Below are positions 47,656 to 57,126 of a stretch of DNA of 64,000 nucleotides, in pieces. Source of the DNA: Escherichia virus TH40. Each line of letters begins with the position of its first letter. Position 1 is the first letter of the stretch. Location of the stretch: sequence record MT446411.1, one strand, 5' to 3'. The translations under genes and the position numbers were made by a program. The notes below the pieces were generated by a model. The model did not search any database and was not told the DNA's origin. It was given only the letters and a program-made list of their open reading frames with translations.

Positions 47656-47681
47656 TTAAGGGGGCAAAGCCCCCTTTTATC

Positions 47682-48275
47682 TTACTTAAGTGAATTGATG
47701 TATTCTTCAATGTCAGCGGATGTGGTATCCACACCGACCTGCGGGCCTTTGAAGGTTTCAACACGCATCAGAGTGTCTTCAATATCAATCTTAGTCAATG
47801 CAGCGATTTCAACAACATCATCTGCAGTCGCAATACCCAGGGCAGATACCTTACGAGTTTCGCGGATGTATTCCAGTTTAACAGCTAGTTCCTGACGAGA
47901 ATCATCCAGCTCTTTAACTTTCAATTTAATTTCATTACGCATTTCAACATAATCATCTGCCTTCTTACGAAGTTGTTTAGCAGTGCGACGATACAGAAGA
48001 CCCAGTTTAGCATGGACTTGCACATCTGCTCCATCAGCAATCAGTTTACGGATTTCACGCTCTTTTGAAGCAGCGAGCTGGTCTTTTTCATTCGCTAACT
48101 CGCGGATGCGTTTTTCTTCATTAACAGACTTAACGTGGGCAGTCTGGAGCTCAGTAATCTTGTCAATCAGGGTAGAAGCCGCTTTGGTATACTGGTCTTC
48201 AATAGACAGGTTTTGTGCCATTGCAGTACCCAGTTTGGAGCGGATGAATTCAACAAGTTTCTTTAAAGTATTCAT
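47682..48275 (-). CDS. Hypothetical coiled-coil protein (197 aa)
   Basis: ORF track; heptad-rich, charged. Confidence 0.45.
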   Translation of the reverse strand: MNTLKKLVEFIRSKLGTAMAQNLSIEDQYTKAASTLIDKITELQTAHVKSVNEEKRIRELANEKDQLAASKEREIRKLIADGADVQVHAKLGLLYRRTAKQLRKKADDYVEMRNEIKLKVKELDDSRQELAVKLEYIRETRKVSALGIATADDVVEIAALTKIDIEDTLMRVETFKGPQVGVDTTSADIEEYINSLK

Positions 48276-48351
48276 GGTATTTCCTTCAGTTGGTTAATGT
48301 TTTATTATCCAGGGAACATACTATCATGTTCCCGTTAAAGCGTACACTGAT

Positions 48352-48657
48352 TTAGATTTTATTTTCCTGCACACCATAATACAGTTCATCAGATACAATA
48401 TTCAGGATGTGGCGAACATATTCATCATGGTATTGACAGTCAAAATCAAATGCAACAGTAGTTTCCGCTTCACGAGTGAATTTAACTTGCACATTCAGGT
48501 GATTAGTAACGTGAGTTAATTTATCAGTAAAGAACTCTTTTGCTACCGCCTGCTGGACTTGCACTTTGAACTTGGTGTTGCGAATCATATTTTCAGCAGA
48601 TGCGAAATTACCAGTTTTATCAAAGTCAACAAGCGCCAGGTTGATGATGAATTTCAT
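48352..48657 (-). CDS. Hypothetical protein (101 aa)
   Basis: ORF track; type-B leader upstream. Confidence 0.45.
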   Translation of the reverse strand: MKFIINLALVDFDKTGNFASAENMIRNTKFKVQVQQAVAKEFFTDKLTHVTNHLNVQVKFTREAETTVAFDFDCQYHDEYVRHILNIVSDELYYGVQENKI

Positions 48658-48662
48658 TTTAT

Positions 48663-48726
48663 TCTCCAGTTTTATTTGGTAACTCAGTATGGAATCATTA
48701 TGCCTTAAAGCAGGGGGCTTGTATAC
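48663..48726 (-). promoter_or_regulatory. Type-B early promoter-leader cassette
   Basis: Forward ttctccagttttatttggtaactcagtatggaatcattatgc read directly. Confidence 0.45.
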
Positions 48727-48737
48727 CCCCTTTTGAA

Positions 48738-49169
48738 TTAAATTTCAAATTCTTTGCGGAAGTTGGAAGCATAAGATTGAACTGATGCTTTGTTGAATCC
48801 AAACTCACGCACAATCATATCAATAACAGCTCTGCGAGCAGCACCATTAGACATATTAACAGTTTTGAACATATCATAGCATAAATCTTTGTTGCTCATA
48901 CCGGAGCGTTTAGGTGCCTTACGCTCAGCTTTTGGTTCAGCTTTAGGAGTAGGTTTAACCTGTCCATCATTCAGACCTTTAAAAATTTTACCCGCCAGAG
49001 TTGCCAGTTTAGCAGCTTCGCCACGAGTGATACCAAATACTGCCGGGTTAAATGAAATACCTTCAGCTGTTAAACGTTTGAAGAACATACGCGCTGCGGA
49101 TTGCGCTTCAGCTTCAGAAGAGTTGTTTAATGCCAGTTTAACGTACTTAATCAGTTTTGAAGTTTTCAT
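48738..49169 (-). CDS. Hypothetical protein, paralog of 49253..49678 (shared C-terminal ..VQSYASNFRK)
   Basis: ORF track gives 48738..49220; type-B leader sits before internal Met MKTSKL. Confidence 0.45.
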   Translation of the reverse strand: MKTSKLIKYVKLALNNSSEAEAQSAARMFFKRLTAEGISFNPAVFGITRGEAAKLATLAGKIFKGLNDGQVKPTPKAEPKAERKAPKRSGMSNKDLCYDMFKTVNMSNGAARRAVIDMIVREFGFNKASVQSYASNFRKEFEI

Positions 49170-49171
49170 TT

Positions 49172-49245
49172 TATTATCCCGTTTGTTTATTTGGTAACTC
49201 AGTATGGGATAATTATACACTATCCCACCTGGAAGTAAAACACTT
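49172..49245 (-). promoter_or_regulatory. Type-B early promoter-leader cassette
   Basis: Forward cccgtttgtttatttggtaactcagtatgggataattatacac read directly. Confidence 0.45.
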
Positions 49246-49252
49246 TTCTCAA

Positions 49253-49678
49253 TTATTTTTGAGCTTTGCGGAAGTTAGAAGCATAAGACTGAACAACAGT
49301 CTTTTTGATATCATGGGTAGTAACCAGAACATCAATCAGAGCGCGGCGAGCTGCATTATCATTCATATCAATTTCTGCAAATGCCTGGAAGCAAATGTCA
49401 CGGGCGTTACCAGATTTGGACTGGATTTTTTCTTCTTTAACTTCTTCAATTGGGAATTCAATCATTTCAGCTTGGATTAATTCAATGATGGACTCTTTTG
49501 ACTGTTTGGTGTTTACCTTCAGTTCAGAATTAAGGGACTTAGCGATGGCAACAATCTGGGTTGAAGTCAGATGGATAAGGGCATCTTCACGAATGCAGAT
49601 TTCACATACTTCGTCAGCAACCATTTTGTTAGTGATGCGGGTAACAGAAAATGCAGAGGTCAGGGTCAGAAAGTTCAT
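49253..49678 (-). CDS. Hypothetical protein, paralog of 48738..49169
   Basis: 141 aa; C-terminal ..NAARRALIDVLV...VVQSYASNFRK matches neighbour. Confidence 0.45.
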   Translation of the reverse strand: MNFLTLTSAFSVTRITNKMVADEVCEICIREDALIHLTSTQIVAIAKSLNSELKVNTKQSKESIIELIQAEMIEFPIEEVKEEKIQSKSGNARDICFQAFAEIDMNDNAARRALIDVLVTTHDIKKTVVQSYASNFRKAQK

Positions 49679-49682
49679 TTTA

Positions 49683-49758
49683 TTTCTCCAAAGTTTTTGT
49701 GATTCAGTGTGTAACTCAGTATGGAATCATTATGCACCCGGTCAATTCGGATGTACAC
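49683..49758 (-). promoter_or_regulatory. Type-B early promoter-leader cassette
   Basis: Forward gtgtaactcagtatggaatcattatgcacccg...gatgtacac read directly. Confidence 0.45.
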
Positions 49759-49805
49759 TACTTTTTGAAGAAATATTAAAAATAAACCCGCCGGAGCGGG
49801 TTTGA

Positions 49806-50360
49806 TTAGTTCTTATAAAAACGGAAGGGATTGATATGAAAGGCTAACATAGCTTTCGGGATAGGACGGGACAGAAGACTTTTTAGCTTCCAACCACAAT
49901 ACACGCGCAGATAAAAGGTGATTCCACCAACTTTAAGATAAGGTACGGAAGCGAACACGCCCCATGCATTATCATTCCACATCCAGAGCCAGCCATGGTG
50001 AGCTTTATCCGGGGAGCCCGATTCAACATCAGGATTACCTTTATAATGGAATTTAGAATCACAATCGCGGCCCAGCTTATGATAAGCAAAATTGTAGGCT
50101 TTGTTTCGCCAGAGCCAGGCCACTCGCTGGAAGTAAACGCCTAACGGCCATTTTCTGATTTTTTCCCAGCGTTTAACATGACCACGGTCGCCATCAATTG
50201 GGTTGTCGTATGTCATCATCCAGTCAAATCCAAACGGAAGCTTACCAGTCTTTTTGTTATGGAACGGCACTACAAATGGTGTAAGGATAACAGCCAGAAT
50301 CATGGAGATAAAATCCAGTGGCACTAACAGAATCCAGCTTAGATATTTTAAAAGTTTCAT
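49806..50360 (-). CDS. Hypothetical membrane-anchored protein (184 aa), late-promoter-like TATAAATA upstream
   Basis: ORF track; N-terminal TM; minus-strand TATAAATA at 50387-50394. Confidence 0.45.
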   Translation of the reverse strand: MKLLKYLSWILLVPLDFISMILAVILTPFVVPFHNKKTGKLPFGFDWMMTYDNPIDGDRGHVKRWEKIRKWPLGVYFQRVAWLWRNKAYNFAYHKLGRDCDSKFHYKGNPDVESGSPDKAHHGWLWMWNDNAWGVFASVPYLKVGGITFYLRVYCGWKLKSLLSRPIPKAMLAFHINPFRFYKN

Positions 50361-50393
50361 AAATTTCCTTAGTTATGGGTACGTTATATTTAT

Positions 50394-50421
50394 AAAAAAG
50401 CCCCAACCTTTCGGAAGGGGC
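50394..50421 (-). terminator. Rho-independent terminator (GC hairpin followed by U6 on minus-strand transcript)
   Basis: Forward aaaaaaGCCCCAACCTTTCGGAAGGGGC read directly; follows the 127-aa gene. Confidence 0.55.
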
Positions 50422-50459
50422 TATACCTTGTCGGGGTTCCACCTGCAAGGCAAGTGTTC

Positions 50460-50843
50460 TTATCCGCGGGCGAATGCCATTGCAGCGCGTTCGTTGGCAC
50501 GGTCAGTGATGTTCAAGAATTTATCACGAGCGATTTCGATTGGAGCGCCAACCCAGTCAGCGGCTCCATTACCTGGAGATTGTTTAGGACGAACCATATA
50601 AGTTGAAACTTTGGAACCAGCTAGTTTAGCACCAGGTGCAGCGGCATTCTTAACGTCTTTAGCTTTGATACCAAAACCAGTTACAATGCCCCAAGAAACA
50701 CCATTAACTGGTTTCTTGAACATAACACGGTCGCCAATTGAAACCCCAGCTTTTTCTGGAGCTACTAAAGAAAATTTACCGGCTTCAGTCAGTACGGATT
50801 CGGTGATGGTATTGCGATTTAAAAATTCTGCATATGTAAGCAT
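50460..50843 (-). CDS. Hypothetical protein (127 aa) with CTS-like N-terminus MLTYAEFLNR
   Basis: ORF track; N-terminus loosely resembles MKTYQEFI; GC-richer codon usage than neighbours. Confidence 0.45.
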   Translation of the reverse strand: MLTYAEFLNRNTITESVLTEAGKFSLVAPEKAGVSIGDRVMFKKPVNGVSWGIVTGFGIKAKDVKNAAAPGAKLAGSKVSTYMVRPKQSPGNGAADWVGAPIEIARDKFLNITDRANERAAMAFARG

Positions 50844-50899
50844 TTTGTTTTTCCATTATTAGGGTTGTTGTTAATATTTATATTCCATAGTACCGGATG

Positions 50900-50985
50900 C
50901 ACCACCCGCTCGGATTTCTCATACTACCGGGCGCACCGCCCGCTCTGGAAAAACTCCGTAAAAGGTGCGCCGTTTCAGCTGTGAT
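50900..50985. repeat. GC-rich non-coding stretch with a tandem direct repeat and an 8-bp inverted repeat
   Basis: accggatgcaccacccgctc / accgggcgcaccgcccgctc direct copies; ggcgcacc ... ggtgcgcc inverted; no ORF of 60 aa or more. Confidence 0.4.
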
Positions 50986-51084
50986 ATAAGGGGCCATTAA
51001 CAAAACATAAAGATTTATTAATGTCAGTCCTTAAACAGGGAACTTCAGTCCGACGACTTACCGGTAGCGACCCGGTTTCTTGTT

Positions 51085-51160
51085 TGGTCGAGACAGTAGG
51101 AATCGAACCTACGACCCAGGACTTAGAAGGTCCTTGCTCTTCCTTCTGAGCTATGCCTCG
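51085..51160 (-). tRNA. tRNA-Arg (anticodon UCU)
   Basis: Manual fold of reverse complement: 7-bp acceptor CGAGGCA/UGUCUCG, anticodon loop CUUCUAA, T-loop UUCGAUU, encoded CCA. Confidence 0.7.
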
Positions 51161-51293
51161 TGCTTGTTCATAGCGGGGTGGACTCGAACCACCAATATTA
51201 AGTCACTCATGCTCCAAGCATGCAGGGCACTTACCCCGGACGGAATCGAACCGCATCTACAATACCTATCGCCATGATAATTTAAAATAAGTT
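51161..51293 (-). ncRNA. tRNA-like structured RNA candidate (two T-arm-like hairpins, no canonical cloverleaf)
   Basis: GGUUCGAUUCC and GGUGGUUCGAGUCCACC T-arm-like elements between two tRNAs; could not be folded into a standard tRNA by hand. Confidence 0.3.
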
Positions 51294-51367
51294 TGGTGGC
51301 CCTGGGTGGAATCGAACCACCATCCAGCGATTATGAGTCGCTCGCTTGACCGTCCAGCTACAGGGCC
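51294..51367 (-). tRNA. tRNA with CAU anticodon (Met or lysidine-type Ile)
   Basis: Manual fold: acceptor GGCCCUG/CAGGGCC, anticodon stem-loop AGCGA-CUCAUAA-UCGCU, T-loop UUCGAUU, encoded CCA. Confidence 0.7.
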
Positions 51368-51445
51368 TTAATTCTATTATGAAAGGCTCTTTGAGGGAAG
51401 AACCTTTGGTAATAGAGGGTACTTATTAATAATAACGCGTTTTTA

Positions 51446-51922
51446 TTAAAGCATATCAAGTGCTTTAACGTTCAGGATTTGGATTTCTTCTTCGATGATG
51501 TATAATTTCACCCACGAAACTACGCGTATAAAATCACTATCATATTCCACTGGCTCGCCCAGCAATTCCTGGAGAGAACACAATAATTCAAATTCCTGGT
51601 CATTGTCACCTTCAACCAGATTTTCAATACAAAGTGTTTTGTTAATGAATTCAGGAGTTAATTGACCAGATTTTACACCAGATTCAATGTGTGCGATAAT
51701 CAAGTCTTTAACTATGTCCCATTCTGAATTACCACATTTATTGCGGTTATTACAATGAGAGCCTTGAAAAAGTTCCAGGATATATTTGTACTGCTGGATT
51801 TCTTGTTCTTCTACACCAAATATTGTCTGGGTTTTATAGTTGTCACCATCATTTTCCAAGGTTTCAATTTCAATCACATAACCTTTAGGGATGGTCTGAC
51901 CAAATTTAATATTCATAATCAA
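51446..51922 (-). CDS. Hypothetical acidic protein (158 aa)
   Basis: ORF track. Confidence 0.45.
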   Translation of the reverse strand: MIMNIKFGQTIPKGYVIEIETLENDGDNYKTQTIFGVEEQEIQQYKYILELFQGSHCNNRNKCGNSEWDIVKDLIIAHIESGVKSGQLTPEFINKTLCIENLVEGDNDQEFELLCSLQELLGEPVEYDSDFIRVVSWVKLYIIEEEIQILNVKALDML

Positions 51923-52347
51923 CCTTCATCAACAATAGTATGGGTATTAGCATTAACAATCTGCCACCAGTCAAAACGGTTAGAACCATATTGAGGCTTA
52001 TTCTCGTTTTCTTTAATGATATCACGCAGTTCATCTTCGGTAGCGGCTTTTGCGATTAGGTCTGCATAACCGCCACGGGGATAATAGTTATCGCCAGCAA
52101 AGAGTAAAAAGTTTGTTTTGATATTCTTGAATTCTTCAAGAGTAATAACCGTTCCAGATGGTTGAACAATATCTACGTAACTATATCCTAATTTCTGGGC
52201 ATTATCTACCGCTTCAAGCAGGGTGTCATGTGCCCACCCAATTTGACATTCTGGTTTTTCAGATGGATTTGCCTGATAATCTGCATACACTTTATACATT
52301 TTACTCACCTTTAGAGATTTTATCCATAACGAAAGAGATTGAACCAA
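51919..52347 (-). CDS. Hypothetical protein (142 aa)
   Basis: ORF track. Confidence 0.45.
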   Translation of the reverse strand: MVQSLSLWIKSLKVSKMYKVYADYQANPSEKPECQIGWAHDTLLEAVDNAQKLGYSYVDIVQPSGTVITLEEFKNIKTNFLLFAGDNYYPRGGYADLIAKAATEDELRDIIKENENKPQYGSNRFDWWQIVNANTHTIVDEG

Positions 52348-52486
52348 TTAAGAATGCAACTACTAAAGAGATTATATTCTCAGAAGTTGAAAGCATATTC
52401 AACATAAAGCCAGCAAACATGCTAAAACCAAAAGCGGTAACAGCAACAAGGGCAGTAACATTTCTAATTAATTCGCAACGTTTCAT
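52301..52486 (-). CDS. Hypothetical small membrane protein (61 aa)
   Basis: ORF track; type-A promoter-leader immediately upstream supports expression. Confidence 0.4.
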   Translation of the reverse strand: MKRCELIRNVTALVAVTAFGFSMFAGFMLNMLSTSENIISLVVAFLIGSISFVMDKISKGE

Positions 52487-52492
52487 TTTATT

Positions 52493-52543
52493 CTCCTCAG
52501 TAGTTAATGGGATAATTATGCACTATCCCATTCAAAAGTACAC
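52493..52543 (-). promoter_or_regulatory. Type-A early promoter-leader cassette
   Basis: Minus strand reads GTGTAC -17 nt- CATAAT TATCCCATTAACTACTGAGGAG; seen directly. Confidence 0.5.
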
Positions 52544-52777
52544 TTATTTTTTACGGAAAATTGATTTATACTGTTTAGCCCATTTCTCGATAACTTCTGC
52601 CGGACCCTGGATAACAAAATAGTCCCCAAACTCTTCACCGCCGAGCTGACCGTAATTATCTAAGGCGTCGCGGAGAGTTCCATAAGGCATTTCGCCCATT
52701 TTATCTTTCTTGCCGGTGTAAATGAATTGCACTTTAACATCAGCAGTTTCATTAATAAATTCTTGATAAGTTTTCAT
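52544..52777 (-). CDS. Internal-protein-like (CTS MKTYQEFINE)
   Basis: 77 aa; T4 IP-type capsid targeting N-terminus; GGAGA SD. Confidence 0.65.
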   Translation of the reverse strand: MKTYQEFINETADVKVQFIYTGKKDKMGEMPYGTLRDALDNYGQLGGEEFGDYFVIQGPAEVIEKWAKQYKSIFRKK

Positions 52778-52778
52778 G

Positions 52779-52830
52779 TTGTCTCCAGTAGTTGATGGGA
52801 TAATTATACTGCAGTTATCCCAGCGCGTAT
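52779..52830 (-). promoter_or_regulatory. Type-A early promoter-leader cassette upstream of an ip-like gene
   Basis: Forward ctccagtagttgatgggataattatactgcagttatccc read directly. Confidence 0.45.
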
Positions 52831-52832
52831 AC

Positions 52833-53075
52833 TTATTTTAAGTCTTCCAGACGTTTTTTCATCTTGGTACCATTCTTAGCAATTTCGCCTGCATCAGAAC
52901 AAAGAGCAAGGAGAGCTTTAACTTTACCCTGGTCGCCTTTAAAAGATGATGCATCTACAGAATCAGCAAGTTCTTTGATGCGAGCAAACAGACGCTCTGC
53001 TTCAGCAAGGGCTTGACCAAGTTTAACTTCCATACCATGAGAAGATTCATTAATAAATGTTTGATAAGTTTTCAT
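52833..53075 (-). CDS. Internal-protein-like (CTS MKTYQTFINE)
   Basis: 80 aa; CTS-like N-terminus. Confidence 0.6.
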   Translation of the reverse strand: MKTYQTFINESSHGMEVKLGQALAEAERLFARIKELADSVDASSFKGDQGKVKALLALCSDAGEIAKNGTKMKKRLEDLK

Positions 53076-53083
53076 TTGAAATC

Positions 53084-53356
53084 CTATTTTAGATAAATTG
53101 CGTATTTTTTATACCCAGCTGTCTCATGGCGGAGACCCTTGTCATTGGCAAAACGCTCAATGTTATTAATTTGGTTCTGGTCAAGTTCTGAAATGTCAAA
53201 CGCGAAAAAGTTGCGTTTGTTTCCAATTGTTATATGGTCAGTTAAGTCAATGCTATACAGGTGATTGATATTGTCAATCATAGCTTTGACTGCTTTACTA
53301 ATTTTTACTTCTTCATTCAGTTGGGACTCGTTGAAAAGTTCATTAAAAGTTTTCAT
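53084..53356 (-). CDS. Internal-protein-like (N-terminus MKTFNELFNE)
   Basis: 90 aa; diverged CTS; minus-strand TATAAATA late-promoter-like box at 53366-53373. Confidence 0.55.
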   Translation of the reverse strand: MKTFNELFNESQLNEEVKISKAVKAMIDNINHLYSIDLTDHITIGNKRNFFAFDISELDQNQINNIERFANDKGLRHETAGYKKYAIYLK

Positions 53357-53364
53357 AAGAAACC

Positions 53365-53697
53365 TTATTTATACAGTTTAGCTAGTTCTTTACGTCCGCG
53401 AGCAGACATAATGAATTGTTCATCACCAATTTTGAAATAAGCCATGCCGCCGTCAACAGCGATACCAATTTCTTTAGTACCTTCTTTACCTTTCCACTTG
53501 CCACCAGATTTTAGGACAGCTTCAACTGCAGCTTTGGAATATTTGGATGTTTGAAAACGTTCATTACCAATCTGAAAGAAAACACCATCTGCATTTTTGG
53601 ATAAACCAAATTTCAGAGAGCCTTCACTATCATCAATTGATTTAGTCTCATTGATGGCGGATTCGGCTAAAAACTCATTATAAGTCTTGATGTTCAT
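53365..53697 (-). CDS. Internal-protein-like (start at internal MNIKTYNEFLAE)
   Basis: ORF track gives 53365..53730; GGAG SD before internal Met; CTS-like N-terminus. Confidence 0.55.
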   Translation of the reverse strand: MNIKTYNEFLAESAINETKSIDDSEGSLKFGLSKNADGVFFQIGNERFQTSKYSKAAVEAVLKSGGKWKGKEGTKEIGIAVDGGMAYFKIGDEQFIMSARGRKELAKLYK

Positions 53698-53757
53698 TTT
53701 AACTCCGTTTGTTCGTTGGTGTAGGAACATAATACTGTGCCTACACTCATTTGTACA

Positions 53758-54448
<691 letters not shown>

Positions 54449-54449
<1 letters not shown>

Positions 54450-55126
54450 TATATTACCTTATTAATTTTATCAAAAAGTTCTTCGAGTGTGCCATCGTTT
54501 TTAATAACAATGTCACTAGCTAGTGGTGGAAGTCCAGCTTCCGTAATGTGTGTATCAGTAGAATGATTTGCTTCATCGCGTTCTACAAAGATTATTGTAG
54601 CACCCATCGCCCGAAGCGAATCAAGTTCGTTCTTTTGGCGAACATCAGGGACAACGTAATATTTATATCCAGAATAGAGGTTGTCAAGATAATCGCACGC
54701 AAAAGTTTTAATCCAAAACATGCTGTCGAACTCTGTACAAACGATGTCAGTTCCAAGGGTCTGCATGAAACGTCTAACTGTCCAGGGCTCAACATTATTT
54801 AGTGTGTGAAATTCAATGATTTTACGAACCATATCTGGATTCGGAAGGTCAAGATTATATTGTTGTTTTAACCATTCAAGAGCATCAACCAGAAGAATAT
54901 AAGCTTCGGTATTGTTCATTATCAAGGTTTTTTCACGGTCATAACCTTGTCCATCAAAATTTTCCAGGGTCAAATTGTGTGGCAGGTCTTGACGAACCCA
55001 CGCTTTATAAAGCGCTTCTTTAATTGGACCAGCAAGTTGCCACTTTGTTCCGTTTTGACTAATAACATAATCAGCGGTCGTATCTTTACCACTGCGTTTT
55101 TTACCCACAATCGCAATTAATTTCAT
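54449..55126 (-). CDS. 1: Deoxynucleoside monophosphate kinase (gp1)
   Basis: 225 aa; P-loop GKKRSGKDT; N-terminus similar to T4 gp1. Confidence 0.8.
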
Positions 55127-55722
55127 ACGTTTCTCATAGATGGATGCATTGACTTAGACCTGATTTCCTGTTGCATTGCTGCATTACTATCAATCTGTGG
55201 TCTACCTTCTATTATTATACCATCAATTTCTACAGCAAAAGACTTAAAGTTAAAAGTTGCTGTTGCGTTGATAGCAGGGTCAGAATCTTCTTTATATGAA
55301 TACTGAATCTCTGACAGGTCGGACGGCCATGCTCCATAGTAATGGATTGACATGACAATTTTGTCCTTGTTGTTATCTAAGATATGAAGCGTGACCGCTT
55401 CGGGACGACCCTTTGGATGCCATGCCTTTGATTCGTGTGTGATGTAGTTATTAAGCGAGAGCATCCATTTATAGATATCAAGCCATGCTCTTAAGTCTTT
55501 GTCACACAGAAAGTTAACAATCAGCGGGTCGAATTCTATTGTACTACCAGGAAGGCTGGAGCGATTTATACCTTGCGTTCCGCCGGGGACATCTGTAACA
55601 GGAATGTGAACTCCTGGGAGGGTAACGTCTTGAACGTTGAGTTTAAAAGTCTGTGTGAGGTTTGAGTCGCTTACCTCTAATATAAAGTTAGTCGTGTTAG
55701 TTTGATTATATAAACCTGACAT
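55123..55722 (-). CDS. 3: gp3-like tail completion protein (start at internal Met)
   Basis: ORF track gives 55123..55887; assigned by synteny (1-3-2-4); start uncertain. Confidence 0.5.
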   Translation of the reverse strand: MSGLYNQTNTTNFILEVSDSNLTQTFKLNVQDVTLPGVHIPVTDVPGGTQGINRSSLPGSTIEFDPLIVNFLCDKDLRAWLDIYKWMLSLNNYITHESKAWHPKGRPEAVTLHILDNNKDKIVMSIHYYGAWPSDLSEIQYSYKEDSDPAINATATFNFKSFAVEIDGIIIEGRPQIDSNAAMQQEIRSKSMHPSMRNV

Positions 55723-55807
55723 AGTGCACCTTGTTTGCTTTAAACCAATCAGTGTTATAATGGTTCTAGACCTTTTGTCCTTACCAATAACACTGACCGA
55801 TAATAGA

Positions 55808-56641
55808 TTATGAATTTCTCCATACTTTCTGGGAAGAGAATCTTTTGCCTTTCGACATGAACTGCTGAAGGGGGAGTAATACCACATTTGCCCAGTCGCT
55901 GGGCTTGATTTCAGTGATACTACCTTTTATATTACCAGGTATATATGCTTTAATCATCTGGTCAGCCCCTTTAAATCCCTTCACCTTTGACCAATCAATC
56001 TTCAGATGAGTCTTGTTTGTAATCGTAGGAGTATTAGCATATTGCTTAAGAAGTTCCTCAAGGAACTCTTGACGTGCCTTCGGTGGAATATAGTGCAAGT
56101 TCAAACCGTACATCAAATTATGCTTACCTAGACCAAGATAAATGATTAACGGATATTTATCCCAGTATGGAAGAGTATCCTTATGCTTTGCATCATAGAT
56201 ATAAGCATAAAGTTTGCCTGGTTGAGGTTTAGCCGTTACGTGACCGCGAACTGATTTCTTAATTGTCTCTGCGAACCATCTGGCGGATTTGGTGTTGCTT
56301 GCAGCGCCTTCGTTAGCAATCTTATCTCTTATGCTCTTCCTAAAGCTATTCACCATTATCAGCTGGCGTTCCGCCTTCGTAAGTTTACCAGCAGGTTTCT
56401 TTTTGAGCTTAGATACTTTATAAGCAGTCTGAATTCTTGAATGATACCTCGACATGCTTTTGGTAAAGGTCGAATAGTTGATTCCTTTCTCTTCAGCAAA
56501 CTTCTTCGAGGTCATTCCTTTTTCTTTTGCTGTATAAAATTCAACCCCTATCTCAACCCATTGTTGTTCGGATTTACTGGGTTTCGGACCTGGTTTATCT
56601 GCAGATTCATTGATAAATGTAAAAATACTCATCCTTTCCAT
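55808..56641 (-). CDS. 2: gp2-like DNA end protector protein
   Basis: 277 aa; synteny between 3 and 4. Confidence 0.55.
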   Translation of the reverse strand: MERMSIFTFINESADKPGPKPSKSEQQWVEIGVEFYTAKEKGMTSKKFAEEKGINYSTFTKSMSRYHSRIQTAYKVSKLKKKPAGKLTKAERQLIMVNSFRKSIRDKIANEGAASNTKSARWFAETIKKSVRGHVTAKPQPGKLYAYIYDAKHKDTLPYWDKYPLIIYLGLGKHNLMYGLNLHYIPPKARQEFLEELLKQYANTPTITNKTHLKIDWSKVKGFKGADQMIKAYIPGNIKGSITEIKPSDWANVVLLPLQQFMSKGKRFSSQKVWRNS

Positions 56642-57078
56642 CCTAATTTTTTCAGTGAGTTTTCAGTGATTATCCTGAACGTTATACCCATCTTATCCGC
56701 GGTAGCTTGCGCAGCTTTCCATTTGTCAGAGTTAACGCTCCAGGTGTACATCTCGTTAATAAATCTCTTTTTACTCGCGGCTGTATTATTAACCGGTTTG
56801 GTTGGAGGTCTTGTTTCTTTTAATGGCTTAACTTCAAAAAAGAACTGTTGTCCTGTATCAAACTTAACCCAGAAATCCATATAATATCTGCGCTTTTTCC
56901 CTTCAGCATTGCAGAAGTATGGAATAATCACAGTCTCAGAGCCCCATTGAACAACGTTCGGATGGTTGTCGAGCCATCTCATCAACCAAGCCTCCCAGCT
57001 TGACCGGTATTGTATTTTCTTCCAGTCGCCCTTATATTTTTCTATATTAGTGGGCTTAAATTTCCCGGAGTATGCCAT
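56629..57078 (-). CDS. 4: gp4-like head completion protein
   Basis: 149 aa; synteny; TATAAATA late-promoter box upstream on minus strand. Confidence 0.6.
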   Translation of the reverse strand: MAYSGKFKPTNIEKYKGDWKKIQYRSSWEAWLMRWLDNHPNVVQWGSETVIIPYFCNAEGKKRRYYMDFWVKFDTGQQFFFEVKPLKETRPPTKPVNNTAASKKRFINEMYTWSVNSDKWKAAQATADKMGITFRIITENSLKKLGWKG

Positions 57079-57106
57079 ATAGCCTCCTAATAAATATTGA
57101 TATACT

Positions 57107-57118
57107 TATTTATAAATG
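57107..57118. promoter_or_regulatory. Overlapping divergent late-promoter boxes (minus TATAAATA for gene 4; plus TATAAATG for gene 53)
   Basis: Forward cttatttataaatgga; T4 late promoter consensus TATAAATA is established knowledge. Confidence 0.55.
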
Positions 57119-57126
57119 GAGGCTTT

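Noticed and set aside
51080-51277. 65-aa plus-strand ORF
   Set aside because: It lies across the tRNA genes and the tRNA-like region on the opposite strand.
51161-51293. A third canonical tRNA between the two called tRNAs
   Set aside because: T-arm-like hairpins are present, but I could not pair a 7-bp acceptor stem with an anticodon arm at standard spacing; kept only as a low-confidence tRNA-like RNA.
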